DNA of 64,000 bases from Dipteris shenzhenensis (taxonomy: Eukaryota), in NCBI GenBank assembly GCA_047967505.1, contig CM106538.1. One strand, 5' to 3'. Below are positions 53,601 to 64,000 of this stretch, piece by piece. The notes beneath the pieces were generated by a model, which was given only the letters and a program-made list of their open reading frames with translations, did not search any database and was not told where the DNA came from. The position numbers and the translations under genes were made by a program. How positions within the stretch are numbered: the stretch's first letter is position 1; each line of letters begins with the position of its first letter.

Positions 53601-54525
53601 AGGGATACAAAGTCCCACACTCTGCACCCCTGGCCAAAAGCATAGAGCCCTTCTGAATTTTCCAACTCTGAAAGCCAAAAGTGGTGTGAAAACCAGCATC
53701 ATCTAGCTGACCCACTGAAATAAGACTCTTGGTCAACTAAGGCACATGTCTCACATTTTTAAAAATAAATGCAGACCCATTTGGAAAAGAAAACTTTATG
53801 TCACCTACTCCCACTATGTCACATGCATAGTCATTTCCAAGATGCACACAACCTGTCTTTCCACTGTCATAAGTGGAGAACCATTCCCTATGGGGAGTAA
53901 CATGGAATGAAGAACCAGAATCCAAAATCCAATCCTGGGAATATGCATCATCTGAAGTGGTAAGCAACTCTGTAGATAAACTAGACATGAAGAGAACGTC
54001 ACTGTCACTATCATGTGTGATTGCATTGATCTCCTCGATCTTCACTTTTCCTTTGTCGTCCCTTGGACTCTCTTCCTTTTGATTTGCACCCCAATTTGCA
54101 TTCTTTTTCTTATCCTTTTGCTCTCTTTTCAGCTTGTAGCAATCCTTTTTCATATGGCCCTTCTTGCCACAGTGGTAACACTCAATGTTCCGTGCCCTGG
54201 ATTTGCTATGAGACTTCCCTCTTTCTTGGGATCTCCCCCTGAACTGTGATCCGCCCCTTTGCACATTTAAGGCTGCATCCTACTTGTTGCCGTCCATAGA
54301 CTTCCATCTAATCTCCTTGGCCAACAAGCTACCCACAACATCATCAAATTTCAGTACTCCACCAGGTGCAGAGTTACTGACAGCTATACAGAAGGTATCC
54401 CATGAGGATGGCAATGAACATAAGAGAAATACTGCCTCAGTCTCCGCATCAAAACTCATCTTCTGAGCCTGAAGCTGGCTGAAAATAATATTGAATTCAT
54501 TCAAGTGAGAAGCAATGGAGTCTTT
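50645..54525 (-). mobile_element. Ty1/copia element: gag C-terminus, protease, integrase, RT, RNase H, PPT and 3' LTR; 5' end lost
   Basis: SHLNEFN, CYHCGKKGHMKKDC, WILDSGSSFH, WHCRLGH, LVHSDVCGP, QMDVKTAFLHG, LYVDDML, TKHIEVRYHFIRE. PPT aagtgggaggt precedes an LTR starting tgtggggg at 50814. The LTR's other end (~50645) is tentative. Few stops or frameshifts. Confidence 0.96.
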
Positions 54526-55141
54526 CCACATATGCAACCACCTGTTGTGGGATTTCTTTTCTCATGTAAGAGGTTACTATTTCTGACCCATCTTCATCCT
54601 TTTTAATCCACCTGTTTGCCCATAGCTTTACCTTGGGTGTTGACAAAGAAGCTATATGCTTGACCACATTATAGTCAATGTTACAATGACTAAGTGGAAT
54701 TTGTTTCTTTGACAACAAATACTTAATGGCACTATGCATTGCATCGTGCCTCACCTCACTCCTACACATGGATCCTATTGCGACGTTTACGTACCGACGT
54801 TTAGCACGCGTGGGGTGCTAATCATCGGTATGAAAAGTGCGTTCTGTAAAGCGTCACTATATAGCGACGCTAGACAAATGTCGCTATATAGCGACCATTA
54901 TAAAGGTCGCTATATAGCGACTTATGAGTGTTGCTATATAGCGACACTGAGATACTATTTTATAGCGACATTTTCCAGAGAGGTTTTTTACTCATATAGG
55001 CCTTAAAAGTTAGTTTTTTCCAATGACAAGTTTTTTTTAATTTTCATACATGTTTAATCTAATAGAGAATAAAAATATAAGAGCATGTACGTCAAGCCTT
55101 TGAAGCTCATATATTCATGTCCAAGTTTGAGATGAAAAAAA

Positions 55142-58100
55142 TCAATTAAGAGCATTTACATCAATTGTTTCATCTTGAGCCAAGTCTAAGGCACCAAACA
55201 AGTCTATCTCCAACTCTATACCGAGTTGATCTCCTATATCATCATCGTACTCTAGCATCGTACGTTCACCTAAAAGTACTTGATCATCTTCTTCAATAAA
55301 GTGTGGTGATTCTTGATGATTGTTGTCTTCTTCCTCAATATCGTGATCTCCATCTTCCTCCCGTGCAATGTCATTATGCGCATCTTCCTCTTGGCTCATA
55401 TTGTGATCTTCATCTTCTTCGCTAGATTCATTGGGATCAATTGGATCTGGCATTGGTAGTGGCATCTCCATATCCACATCTCGATCTTCAAAAATTTGCT
55501 TACTTCGTGGTGCAACTTGGATCACGTACCACCATCTTGGATCAAAATGATCCGGATGAAAAACCACCTATATTGAAGATGGGTGCCAAATGTCGTCAAT
55601 TATATATATGAAATTATGCTCAAGTACATGTATCAATGGCTCTTTAAAAGCGAAAGCTTCGATTAATTAAATCATTAGTATGCACCTGCTCACAGTGCTC
55701 GGGAAGAACAAAAGTATCACTTTCATTGGTTCAATGTTTGGTGGAATCTATTGAAAAGAAACTGCTACTATCTTCTCTCATTGTCGCATGGGGACTGTTG
55801 TAAAAAGTTCTAAACCATTTTACATCAAGAATGAAAATACTAAATCGTTTGAAATGAACTTCATAGATGTCGCGTATGGTTCCACAAAAATCCAACTGTG
55901 AGGAGAGAAGATTGGTATCCGAAGCACTTGCTCGGCTATCTTGTGTGAAGTTAGCCATGACTCTGCAATCATACGTGACTCTCTTTGAGTCGATGCATTC
56001 CATGCGAAAATGTCGTCCATATGACCATAATGCACTGTACTTTTTGTACTGTAAAAGAGCATCATTAGAACAATGAAGATGCATCTATTTTATAGCGTAT
56101 ATTGCCACAAATAATTACTTAATTTCGTCAAAAGGTAAGAAACTTACATGCACCATACATCCAGATGATAACTCTCGTTCGCACTCGTTTATTGTCTCTC
56201 CATCACGTTCGGCTTTACGTAGAGCCAGTTGTAGCCAATCAAGTGACATGTGAGTGGGGAGAAGAGTCAGATCCCGTGGATATGGTTGCGATCGCCTGTA
56301 CATTACTCTGAATCTCGTCCTTGCATTTATTCTTTCTGCTTTGGCCACTTCATATCTCTTAATCCACTTCTGCATCTCAAGGCTATTGAGGATACAAGAC
56401 TTATTGAATTTCTCCATTTGCTCTTCGCTCATCTTTCTTTCAATCCCTTTTCCTTGGGGAACCTCGCCAATGATGCAATCATCATCCTTGTTATGCCAAG
56501 CTTGCGGCACATTGGGATCCGTGGATGCAAGAAACTCTGTGATATATAATAATGACTCTTGCACAAGCTATCCCTCTACCATGCTTGTTTCTGGTCTTGC
56601 CCTTTGTCTTAAAAATCCCTTTAAAGTTTTCATAAACCGCTCAAGAAAAAACATCCATCGACTATGAACGGTACCTGTGATAGCCACCTCATCAACTATG
56701 TGCACAAGCAAGTGGACTTGAGTTGTCATAATGCTCGAGGGAAAGTGCTTCTCAAGCAAGCATACGGCTTCGATGGATTCCACCCTAGCCTTCTCGATGC
56801 TTGATATGGAGATCTCTTTTTGAGATATCCACCTATTTCACATGTCCATGTAAGATATTTTCATAATCAGTCTACAGATTAATCAGGTTAAATTGAAGAA
56901 AATGCAATCAATGTGATTTGATAGTAAGCATACCTCACAATACCACAGATCTTGAATATAGCATTTCTAACATCTTCTTGTAAGCACCCTTTTATTGTAA
57001 TTGGGAGGATGAACTATCAAAGCAACAAAGAAGTCATGTCAACAATATAACATAATCATAATTACGCTAATGCATCACGATTATCGGTACACTAATTCTA
57101 CTTAGAATACCTGTAAGACCTTGTGCCAATCATGGGACTTGAGCCCACTAAGCTTATTGTCCTTTGAAAATGCTCCTTTCAAGCAATGCATGTACCCTGT
57201 CGGTGTTTGAAAAGAGGCAATGTCTACCTTGATTGCTACCTCCTCCCTCATAGAGAGGATCCACATTGCTTTCGGGAGGACAACTTTTCTCGAAGCATGC
57301 ACTTGGGGCCACAAACGAGACATCCTATTCACAGCACGCAAGTCTTCTCGCACTCTTCTCGAGTCTTTGGAACCAACCAAGTGTGCCCAAATAGTAGCCC
57401 CTACATCCTTGAAGATATGCATGGGATCCAAGAGATGATTGATTTGTAACTGACCCCAATAAGGAAGCTCGTGAAAGATCGATAGCCTCTTCATACCAGG
57501 AGGAGGTTCCTCTCCATTTGCCCTCCAAGCTTGAATCCAATCACTTGCCTTCAAATATGATGGTGGTGGATCAAGCTAACCTCCACGTGCGAGATGGTCA
57601 AGTGGAAGGTATCGAGCATGACCATAAACATTTTTCCTCATATGTTTGGAGTAACGTGCAAGTGATTCAAACCCGGTCCACAAACAGGACAAGCATGGTA
57701 CCCACTTGTAACAAGTCCTGCACGCATGCATGAATGTGTTAGTATAAGACATGCATGCGAAAGAGAGTCATAAAAGCATAATCCCTCATTATACATGTAG
57801 AGACACAACCACGTCCTACGCACTCTCCATATCTTGGGTAGTCATGCATGGTCCACATCAAGATACCCCTGATCAAAATATCATTGGTATGTCTAAGAGC
57901 TCTGGAAATATCAAAGACCTGCACTCCTCTCCATAATATTTGTAACTCCTCTATCAAAGGTGCCATGTACACGTCCATATTTTTTGCCTTGTACTTTCCT
58001 AGCACAAGTAGTGCAAGCATGAGGTGTCCCTTTTTTATTGTTAGCCATTGTGGGATATTGTAATTCACCATGACTATGGGCCATGTCGACCAAGATGTCG

Positions 58101-59270
58101 AGTGTAAACCGAAAGGATTCACGCCGTCCATGGCGAGCCCAAGATGTAAGTTGCGTGGCTCCCTCGCAAAGTCCGACCACTGATTATCTATGTGCTTCCA
58201 AGCTGCACAATCTGCGGGAATCCTCAATGTGTCATCAGTGGACTGATGAGATACATGCCATGTCATCAACTCCGCTATGGATTTGCATCGGAACATGTTT
58301 TGTATTCTTGCAATGATGGGAAAGTGTCTCAATACCTTTACCGGTATCCGCTCACCCTGCAAGTCATCTCTATATCATTATTCCCCACACTTTGGACAAC
58401 TAGCCAAATCTCCATGCTCACGACAAAAGAGAATACAATCATTACAGCAAGCATGGATGGTATCATAATCCATACCCACTGTTGTTAGCATCTTTTTCGC
58501 TTCATCTCTTGATGCGGGCATGGTATTTGGTGCAGGAAACATCTTCTAGAGCAACCTATGACAATTCAAACATACATAGGCTTCGAACAATGATGATTCG
58601 GTATACACTATCCAAATGATGATTCTCAAAACAAACATGATGATTCTCAAAACAAACAATATCCAAATAATGAGTCAAATTAAAGCAAGAGCTAACCTCA
58701 TTAAGGCCGAGACACTTGTATCCAACCACCCATACGTTACTTACAGATTCAAGATTGAGAGACAAGCACGAAGTTTAGACATCCTAGCACCCTCATACAA
58801 TTGTGTTGATTGCAACTCACATTTTGACCTCAAACTCTGACATCACGTGTACATGGGATGTAGTACCCCTAAAAATAGAATCCATCATGTCGACCATACC
58901 CTCGTCATCATCCGGGAGACTATAGTCTTGCTCAAAGTGTGAAGGTATATGTGTACCCTTGTCAGCCTCCTCATCCTGTTTTAAGATTTCGCATAAATAT
59001 AAGATCTTGTATTTCTTGCTATCCAATAAGACTACGAACTTAAATAGCTTTGACTTACCGATAGTCCATCAACACGTGCAACACCAACGATGGGTAATGG
59101 TTCAGGCTCCTCCCCATACATCTATAAGTGGTGCATGATAATATGAAATTGATGTCGTACTTCTCGCTTGCAATGAGTGCAATGACAGTATAACCTCTCT
59201 GTAAGCCACTTTGTGCTCCCGGGCATTGGTGCATCATCGGACTAGCTTCCACTCGTCCCTTCCATCTACA
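55142..59270 (-). pseudogene. CACTA Tnp2/TnpD-type transposase, multi-exon (Transposase_21, DUF4218- and DUF4216-like regions), with some stops and frameshifts
   Basis: YDTIHACCNDCILF, RNLHLGLAMDGVNPF, STWPIVMVNYNIP, WTMHDYP, HLLDPMHIFK, GLKSHDWH, HLLVHIVDE, WMFFLERFMKTLK, FCGTIRDIYEV; GT-AG introns separate the pieces. Confidence 0.93.
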
Positions 59271-59370
59271 CTCATAAAATCACAACATAAGTTGCAAGAA
59301 AATATATTAACAGTTATAAAATAGCATCTATGAGCTTCCCTTCAACTTAGAACAGAAAGTGTCTTAAAGC

Positions 59371-59471
59371 GTCGCTATATAGTGACGTTTCGCTCTGTTC
59401 CGTCGCTATATAGCGATGCTTTTAATTAAAAACGTCACTATATAGCGATGTTTAAGCGTCGCTATAGCGAT
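59371..59471. repeat. Internal array of GTCGCTATATAGCGAC palindromes
   Basis: Near-copies at 59371, 59402, 59434 and a shortened copy at 59458; the same motif lies at 54853-54945 and 62467-62534. Confidence 0.93.
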
Positions 59472-60109
59472 GCTGAGGGTTAAAATCAAAACCCGACGCT
59501 ATGCACGGCACTTTCTTTAGCACTCTCTAATCTTTCAAGTAAGCAAGGCAATCTCTCCTCCCACCTATTTTTGATGACCTCCCACCTATTTCCAACAACC
59601 TCCCACTCTATTCTCCACTCCTCACCCTTCTCCTAGCTCTTGTGCTCCCTCTCCACCCTTCTCCCTCTTTAGTTTCTTGAACGGAAGTTTTTCAAGAGGT
59701 GATTCTGTTTCAGCAATGTAGGTTATTTGTTTGTTAGCTTAGTTTTGTGAGTGCTTCTCCTTGTATTGCTAAACCTGTAAACTAGTTTTCATGCTTGTTT
59801 TCGAAGAATTGAAACAAAAAACGAGATTTCAAGAAAGAAAGAAGATTCACCTCTTCTTTTCCTTTTTTGTATTTCTCTTCCTTCTCTTTCTCCTTGTCTC
59901 CTCAATCTCCTCCTTTCAAGAAGTTACTTTTGTAATCTCCTCCTTCCTCTAACATCTTATTTGAAAAATGGTATGTTTCCTCTCTTTTGTAGGGCCAGTC
60001 CACAACACCGAGTGGGACGTACTATTTCTGGTAAGTGCTTCCTCTTTTTCCATTTGTTATTTTTGTTATTTCCATTGGCCTGCAGCTAGCACATAAGCAT
60101 GAGCATACG

Positions 60110-60400
60110 TCTCTTTTTCCCTCTTTACCTTCTCTCTTTCCCTCTTCTTCTCTCTTTCTTTCAATCTTTTTCCCTCTTTCCTTTCCCTCTTCTTCTCTCT
60201 TTTTCTCTTTTTCCCTCTTTCCTTTCCCTCTTCTTCTCTCTTTCCCTCTTTCCTTTCCCTCTTCTTCTCTCTTTCTTTTCCTCATTTCCCTCTTTCCTTT
60301 CCCTCTTCTTCTCTCTTTCCCTGTTTCCTTTCCCTCTTCTTCTCTCTTTCTTTCCCTCTTTTTCCCTCTTTCCTTTCCCTCTTCTTCTCTCTTTCCCCCT
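60110..60400. repeat. CT-rich tandem repeat (tttccctctttcctttccctcttcttctctc units) upstream of CACTA ORF2
   Basis: Read directly; it produces the spurious F/P/S/L-rich and K/E/R-rich ORFs. Confidence 0.9.
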
Positions 60401-60589
60401 TCTCTTATGCTCATGTATAAGCATAAGCATGAGCATATGTCTCCGTCTCTTATGCTTATGCTTATCATGCATATGTCTCCTCTTTTCCTTTCCCTCTTCT
60501 TCCTCTTTTCCTTTGCCTATGCCTATGCCTATGCCGTAGCTTATGTTTGTTTTTTGTTTTTTGTTTTCGTGTTTGTGTCTATGTTAGAC

Positions 60590-62140
60590 ATGGGATCACG
60601 TCGCACATTTGACGAGTACGGACAGCCTCGCAGGAGGAGAGCTCACGATCTATATGCTCCAGAGGACTTTGATTTCTCTCAGGTGACTACCCCAAGGACT
60701 ATCCCCTCCTCTCGGACCTAGCACTGTGACTACCCCTAGTCCAACTCCTCTCGGATGTAACACTACGACTACCCCTTAGGGAACTCCTTTGCTAGCCGTG
60801 CATGGCTTTGTCGGGAGTCTCGACGAGTTTGTAGTGCAGATGAGCGATGAGGAGGCAGCGAGATTCTTCTCTCTGCTATCTCAGAAGACCTCAGCAATTC
60901 CCTCCCCTACACTAATGACTGGACGTACTACCCAGCCGTCCCCTCGTGCCCCTTTAATAGAGGGGTCATCACCTGCGCGTGCCTCTCATAAGGGAAGGAA
61001 GAGTAGGAAGGGTAGGTTATGTTGTGTTGACTCGGGAGATGTAGACGACTCAGCACACTCACATTCCTATAGGTCTCCACTTGGTCCGGAGACACAGTAT
61101 CAGTCAGGTCCCTTGCCCTCTCCTACTCCCACTGCTACTCCTCACTCCGGAAGTGCTCACACAGCTTCCACTCCTTTTGACTCTGCTACCATAAGTCCTC
61201 CTTACTCATCAGGGGATCTCTCCCATCAAATCACGGCTGCCGGAGAGATAATAGAAGATAGAAAGGGTAAAGCAGTGATGGCCACCATGAGGCAGTTGAT
61301 GAGCCATCACTTTAATAGCGGCATTGCTACCGATTGGCGGTATTAAGATGACCAAAAGAAGCAGGTAGTCATCAATGAATTAAAACAAAAATACCCTAAG
61401 CTGCCAAATTTGGAGTTTAATGAGGATTATATGCGAGAGCGCATGGGTTTGGTCTTGAAGCATTGTAGATCAACCTTGCATACTTCCATCACAAAGGGGT
61501 TGGCTAATCCCAGCAAGGCAGACAAAGCTGATTGGAAGTTCTTCAGGAAGCAGAATAGGGACCATCCCAAAATGTTCGAGGGTCAGAGGAGGGCTGCGAA
61601 GAGACGGCTGAACATCCTAGATACTTCGCACTTTGGTGCAGGCGGATGGTTGGCGTTCGAGGCAACCATGGTAAGTCTACTTCTTCTCATTTAATGTATT
61701 GTTCTATTTGTTTTACTACATATTACATGCACTTTAGCTAACTCTAACTCTCGTAAATTGGATCCACAACAAGCTGCGATGGGTCATCTTCCTACAGATG
61801 CAGAGACGCGACACGCATTTCGCATAGGAACAAAGCCGTGGTTTATTGAGCAAGAGGCAATGGGAGCGACGGTCAATTGGGCTGAGGTGGCTGCTCGCAC
61901 GGTATAAGTCTACTCCTACTTGTAATCTCACTTTTTAAATTGTTTTATTCTTAAGTTCCAATCTAATTTTCAATTTATATGGTTCACTCTTAGGGTCAAA
62001 GCTCAAGCGTCCCATCATCGGAGGCAAGCGATCACAAGGGCCAGGGATCAGATGCACGTGACGAGGATCAAGAAGAAGGCGCAGCTCATGAGAACTAAGG
62101 ATTAGGCCAACAAGACGAGGATGAGGACGATTCGGATGAG
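60590..62140 (+). pseudogene. CACTA ORF2 (TnpA / Ptta-En/Spm-like), spliced and disrupted
   Basis: ATG at 60590; S/P/T-rich N-terminus, then DWRY*DDQKKQVVINELKQKYP..DWKFFRKQ..QRRAAKRR..SHFGAGGW, resembling the W..K.NR..H.GS.GY pattern of Ptta/En/Spm proteins; introns gtaagt..tttag (61671-61737) and gtataa..cttag (61902-61993). Confidence 0.7.
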
Positions 62141-62380
62141 TAGTAGTAGTAGTGATAGTAGTAGCAGTTTGCATTTTCTTCACCATGTATGTCATTTTGT
62201 ATATCCACTCGTTTGAGCAATTTTGTATCACCCTTTTGAAAGGGTAATTTTGTAACAAGCACTATTGTATATGTTCGACATGTATATTCTTTTGTTGCTC
62301 AATCATTTCATTTGAGCGATTTTGTATCACCCTTTTCGCAAGGGAAATTTCGTTATAAAAAACTTTTTTTGGTGATTACA

Positions 62381-62452
62381 AAAAAAAAAAGGATTAGTGG
62401 GGCTAAATAGGGCCATAGCAAGCCTTATTTAGCCCCACTAATCCTTTTTTTT
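62381..62452. repeat. Near-perfect hairpin inside the CACTA right arm
   Basis: aaaaaaaggattagtggggctaaata ... tatttagccccactaatccttttttt. Confidence 0.9.
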
Positions 62453-62663
62453 AAGTTCTATTAATCGTCGCTATATAGCGACGTTTACCAGTGTCGCTAT
62501 ATAGCGATGATTAACAGCGTCGCTATATAGCGATGCTTTATAGCGACGGTTCTTTTTCGATGCTTTTAGTGACTTTTATAACGACATTTGCGCCCGTGAA
62601 AAAAAAAATTTAATGTAAAAAATGTCGGTATTTTCGTCGAAAAAGGGCCTATGCCTTGTAGTG

Positions 62664-63131
62664 CTATACATTGATGCTTTCTTCCATGCAGTGGTCTTTG
62701 TCTTTCTTTCCAAAAAACCATTCTTTCTTTAAAAGTTTTTGTGCTGCCATGGATGCATACTTGTCAGGTAAGTACTTTATAGGCCTCCACATCCTTACCG
62801 TCAACTCCTTATTATCCATTACCTTTGACTTTTTGGAGACAAACAAAGGAGCTTCATAGGTCAACTCTCCACGCTCACAAGCATCTCATTGAACACTTCA
62901 ACAGGATGAAATATGATAGAAGTGTAGTCGGCATATCTGTCTCTCACCACCTTGAGGCTTGTCATATTTTCTTCTTGCTCTTGAGTTCCCCTAGGCACAA
63001 CTGCACTCAAAGAAGTATAGAAGTTTGTGAGTGTGTCGGCGTCTGCTTTTGTGACCTTTCACTTCAAATCAGGATTTGGAGAACCAAATGTTGTCCATAT
63101 AACCTTTGCCTTCTATAAGACCTCTGATGTT
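62664..63131 (-). pseudogene. Upstream part of an unassigned ORF that continues at 54764-54520 once the CACTA insertion is removed
   Basis: Joining across the cta TSD gives KTKTTAWKKASMYRSEVRHDAMHSAIKYLLSKKQ in one frame; upstream reads SEVL*KAKVIWTTFGSPNPDLK. Confidence 0.65.
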
Positions 63132-64000
63132 TGTTGGGATATCTCAAGGTGTATGCCTCAGGCACACCTTATGTTTCTATGTGTGAGTGCTAGAGGCACA
63201 GTTAGGTGCCCACAAGCACAGTTAGGTGGTGGAAGAGCCACATAGGATGATTGAGAGAATCTAGGAGCAGATTGAGGAGATGATTATGGAGCTCTGAAGT
63301 CATCAGTGATGTCAGTGAGCATGCATGAGGTGCCTACTTAAGGACCTCACTCTTCTTCATTCTACAAGCAAGTAATGAAAGTATTCTGAGTTTGTGTCCA
63401 CTCTTTCCTTTCCTTTCAGTTTACCAACATGGTATCAGAGCCCTTTGATCCCCCTTGAGCCCATTTTTGCCACATCATCATCTTCTTCTTCATCTTCTTC
63501 TTCCCCATCTTCCTCCTTCTTCCCAAAATCTTTGAGAGCTTGGTTCTCCACCTATAAACAACCATTGCCCAAACCCTCTGAGCTAGAAACTCCTCTAGTA
63601 TGGCCAAACTTCCACCTACAAGCAATTGAAGAAAAAACGTCTATGGTGGCTGCCATTTCCCAAACAGCGCATTTTTTGCCATTTCTTCTACTGCTCAATA
63701 CTCCCTGCCTGCTCTGCCATTGCCTGAGCCCTCTTAGGAGTAGATGGGCAACCTCAAGATGAAGATTTTAAGCCATTTTTCAGCTCATTTGGTTCAGTAA
63801 TGAGGGAGAAATCGTCAAAACTCAGGTTCAGCCTGTAGCAACTCTCTCGGGCAAAAGTGCGCACCATTTCGTCCAACCTCTATGCTGGACCCTCTCTGGT
63901 ATATGAGCTTTCTTTTGCTTCAGAAAGCCCTCTTTTCCTTGCTTTGAATAGTGAGCTAAAAGCCCTCCAAGTTCAGCCTTTTAGTTTTGACAGTTTTAGA
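63132..64000 (+). mobile_element. 5' LTR (63132-63429), PBS (63430-63442) and leader of a copia-type element related to the gag-only element; runs off the window
   Basis: tgttgg...ccaaca termini, PBS tggtatcagagcc; leader 63480-63630 aligns with the reverse complement of 50290-50425. Confidence 0.88.

Larger units (their letters stand above)
54765..62663. mobile_element. CACTA (En/Spm) DNA transposon, ~7.9 kb, near full length
   Basis: Right end ...gccttgTAGTG at 62663. Left end cac-atggatcctattgcgacg matches the right TIR apart from a short internal deletion. 3-bp TSD cta at 54762-54764 and 62664-62666. Subterminal palindromes at both ends; Tnp2 domains inside. Confidence 0.9.

Noticed and set aside
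54730-54734. CACTA pentamer as the element's left end
   Set aside because: The flank (tgg) does not match the right TSD (cta), the following bases do not match the right TIR, and it lies within the interrupted ORF.
54853-54970. Palindromic repeats with short spacers resembling a CRISPR array
   Set aside because: Repeats are 16 bp with spacers of only ~8-11 bp, no cas genes, eukaryotic context; they are CACTA subterminal repeats.
60022-60539. K/E/R-rich and F/P/S/L-rich ORFs that look like coiled-coil or membrane proteins
   Set aside because: Products of the CT-rich tandem repeat.

Overview
Eukaryotic land-plant nuclear DNA, most likely a fern or other seed-free vascular plant (inferred from the PLS-class PPR with a WKKPGxAFIE C-terminal motif and from the TE repertoire). 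Two apparently intact genes are present: an intronless PLS-PPR (14316-16427, minus) and a 4-unit polyubiquitin (42642-43559, plus). Host-gene relics include a second PPR pseudogene, an RPL10-like fragment and a protein kinase-like relic. Most of the rest is decayed, nested transposons: two LINEs, several Ty3/gypsy pieces (one Athila-like with a long antisense ORF), a near-complete Ty1/copia pol, a gag-only (TR-GAG-like) element plus a related element, a hAT insertion with a clean 8-bp TSD, and a 7.9-kb CACTA element. The most unusual observations: (i) the PPR carries a decayed, tandemly duplicated DYW domain of the KP type linked to U-to-C editing; (ii) the CACTA element has divergent transposase and ORF2 genes, with 16-bp palindrome arrays at both ends and between the genes; (iii) the CACTA element interrupts an ORF I cannot assign. 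No RNA genes or CRISPR arrays were found. All homology calls are from motif recognition by eye, not database searches.
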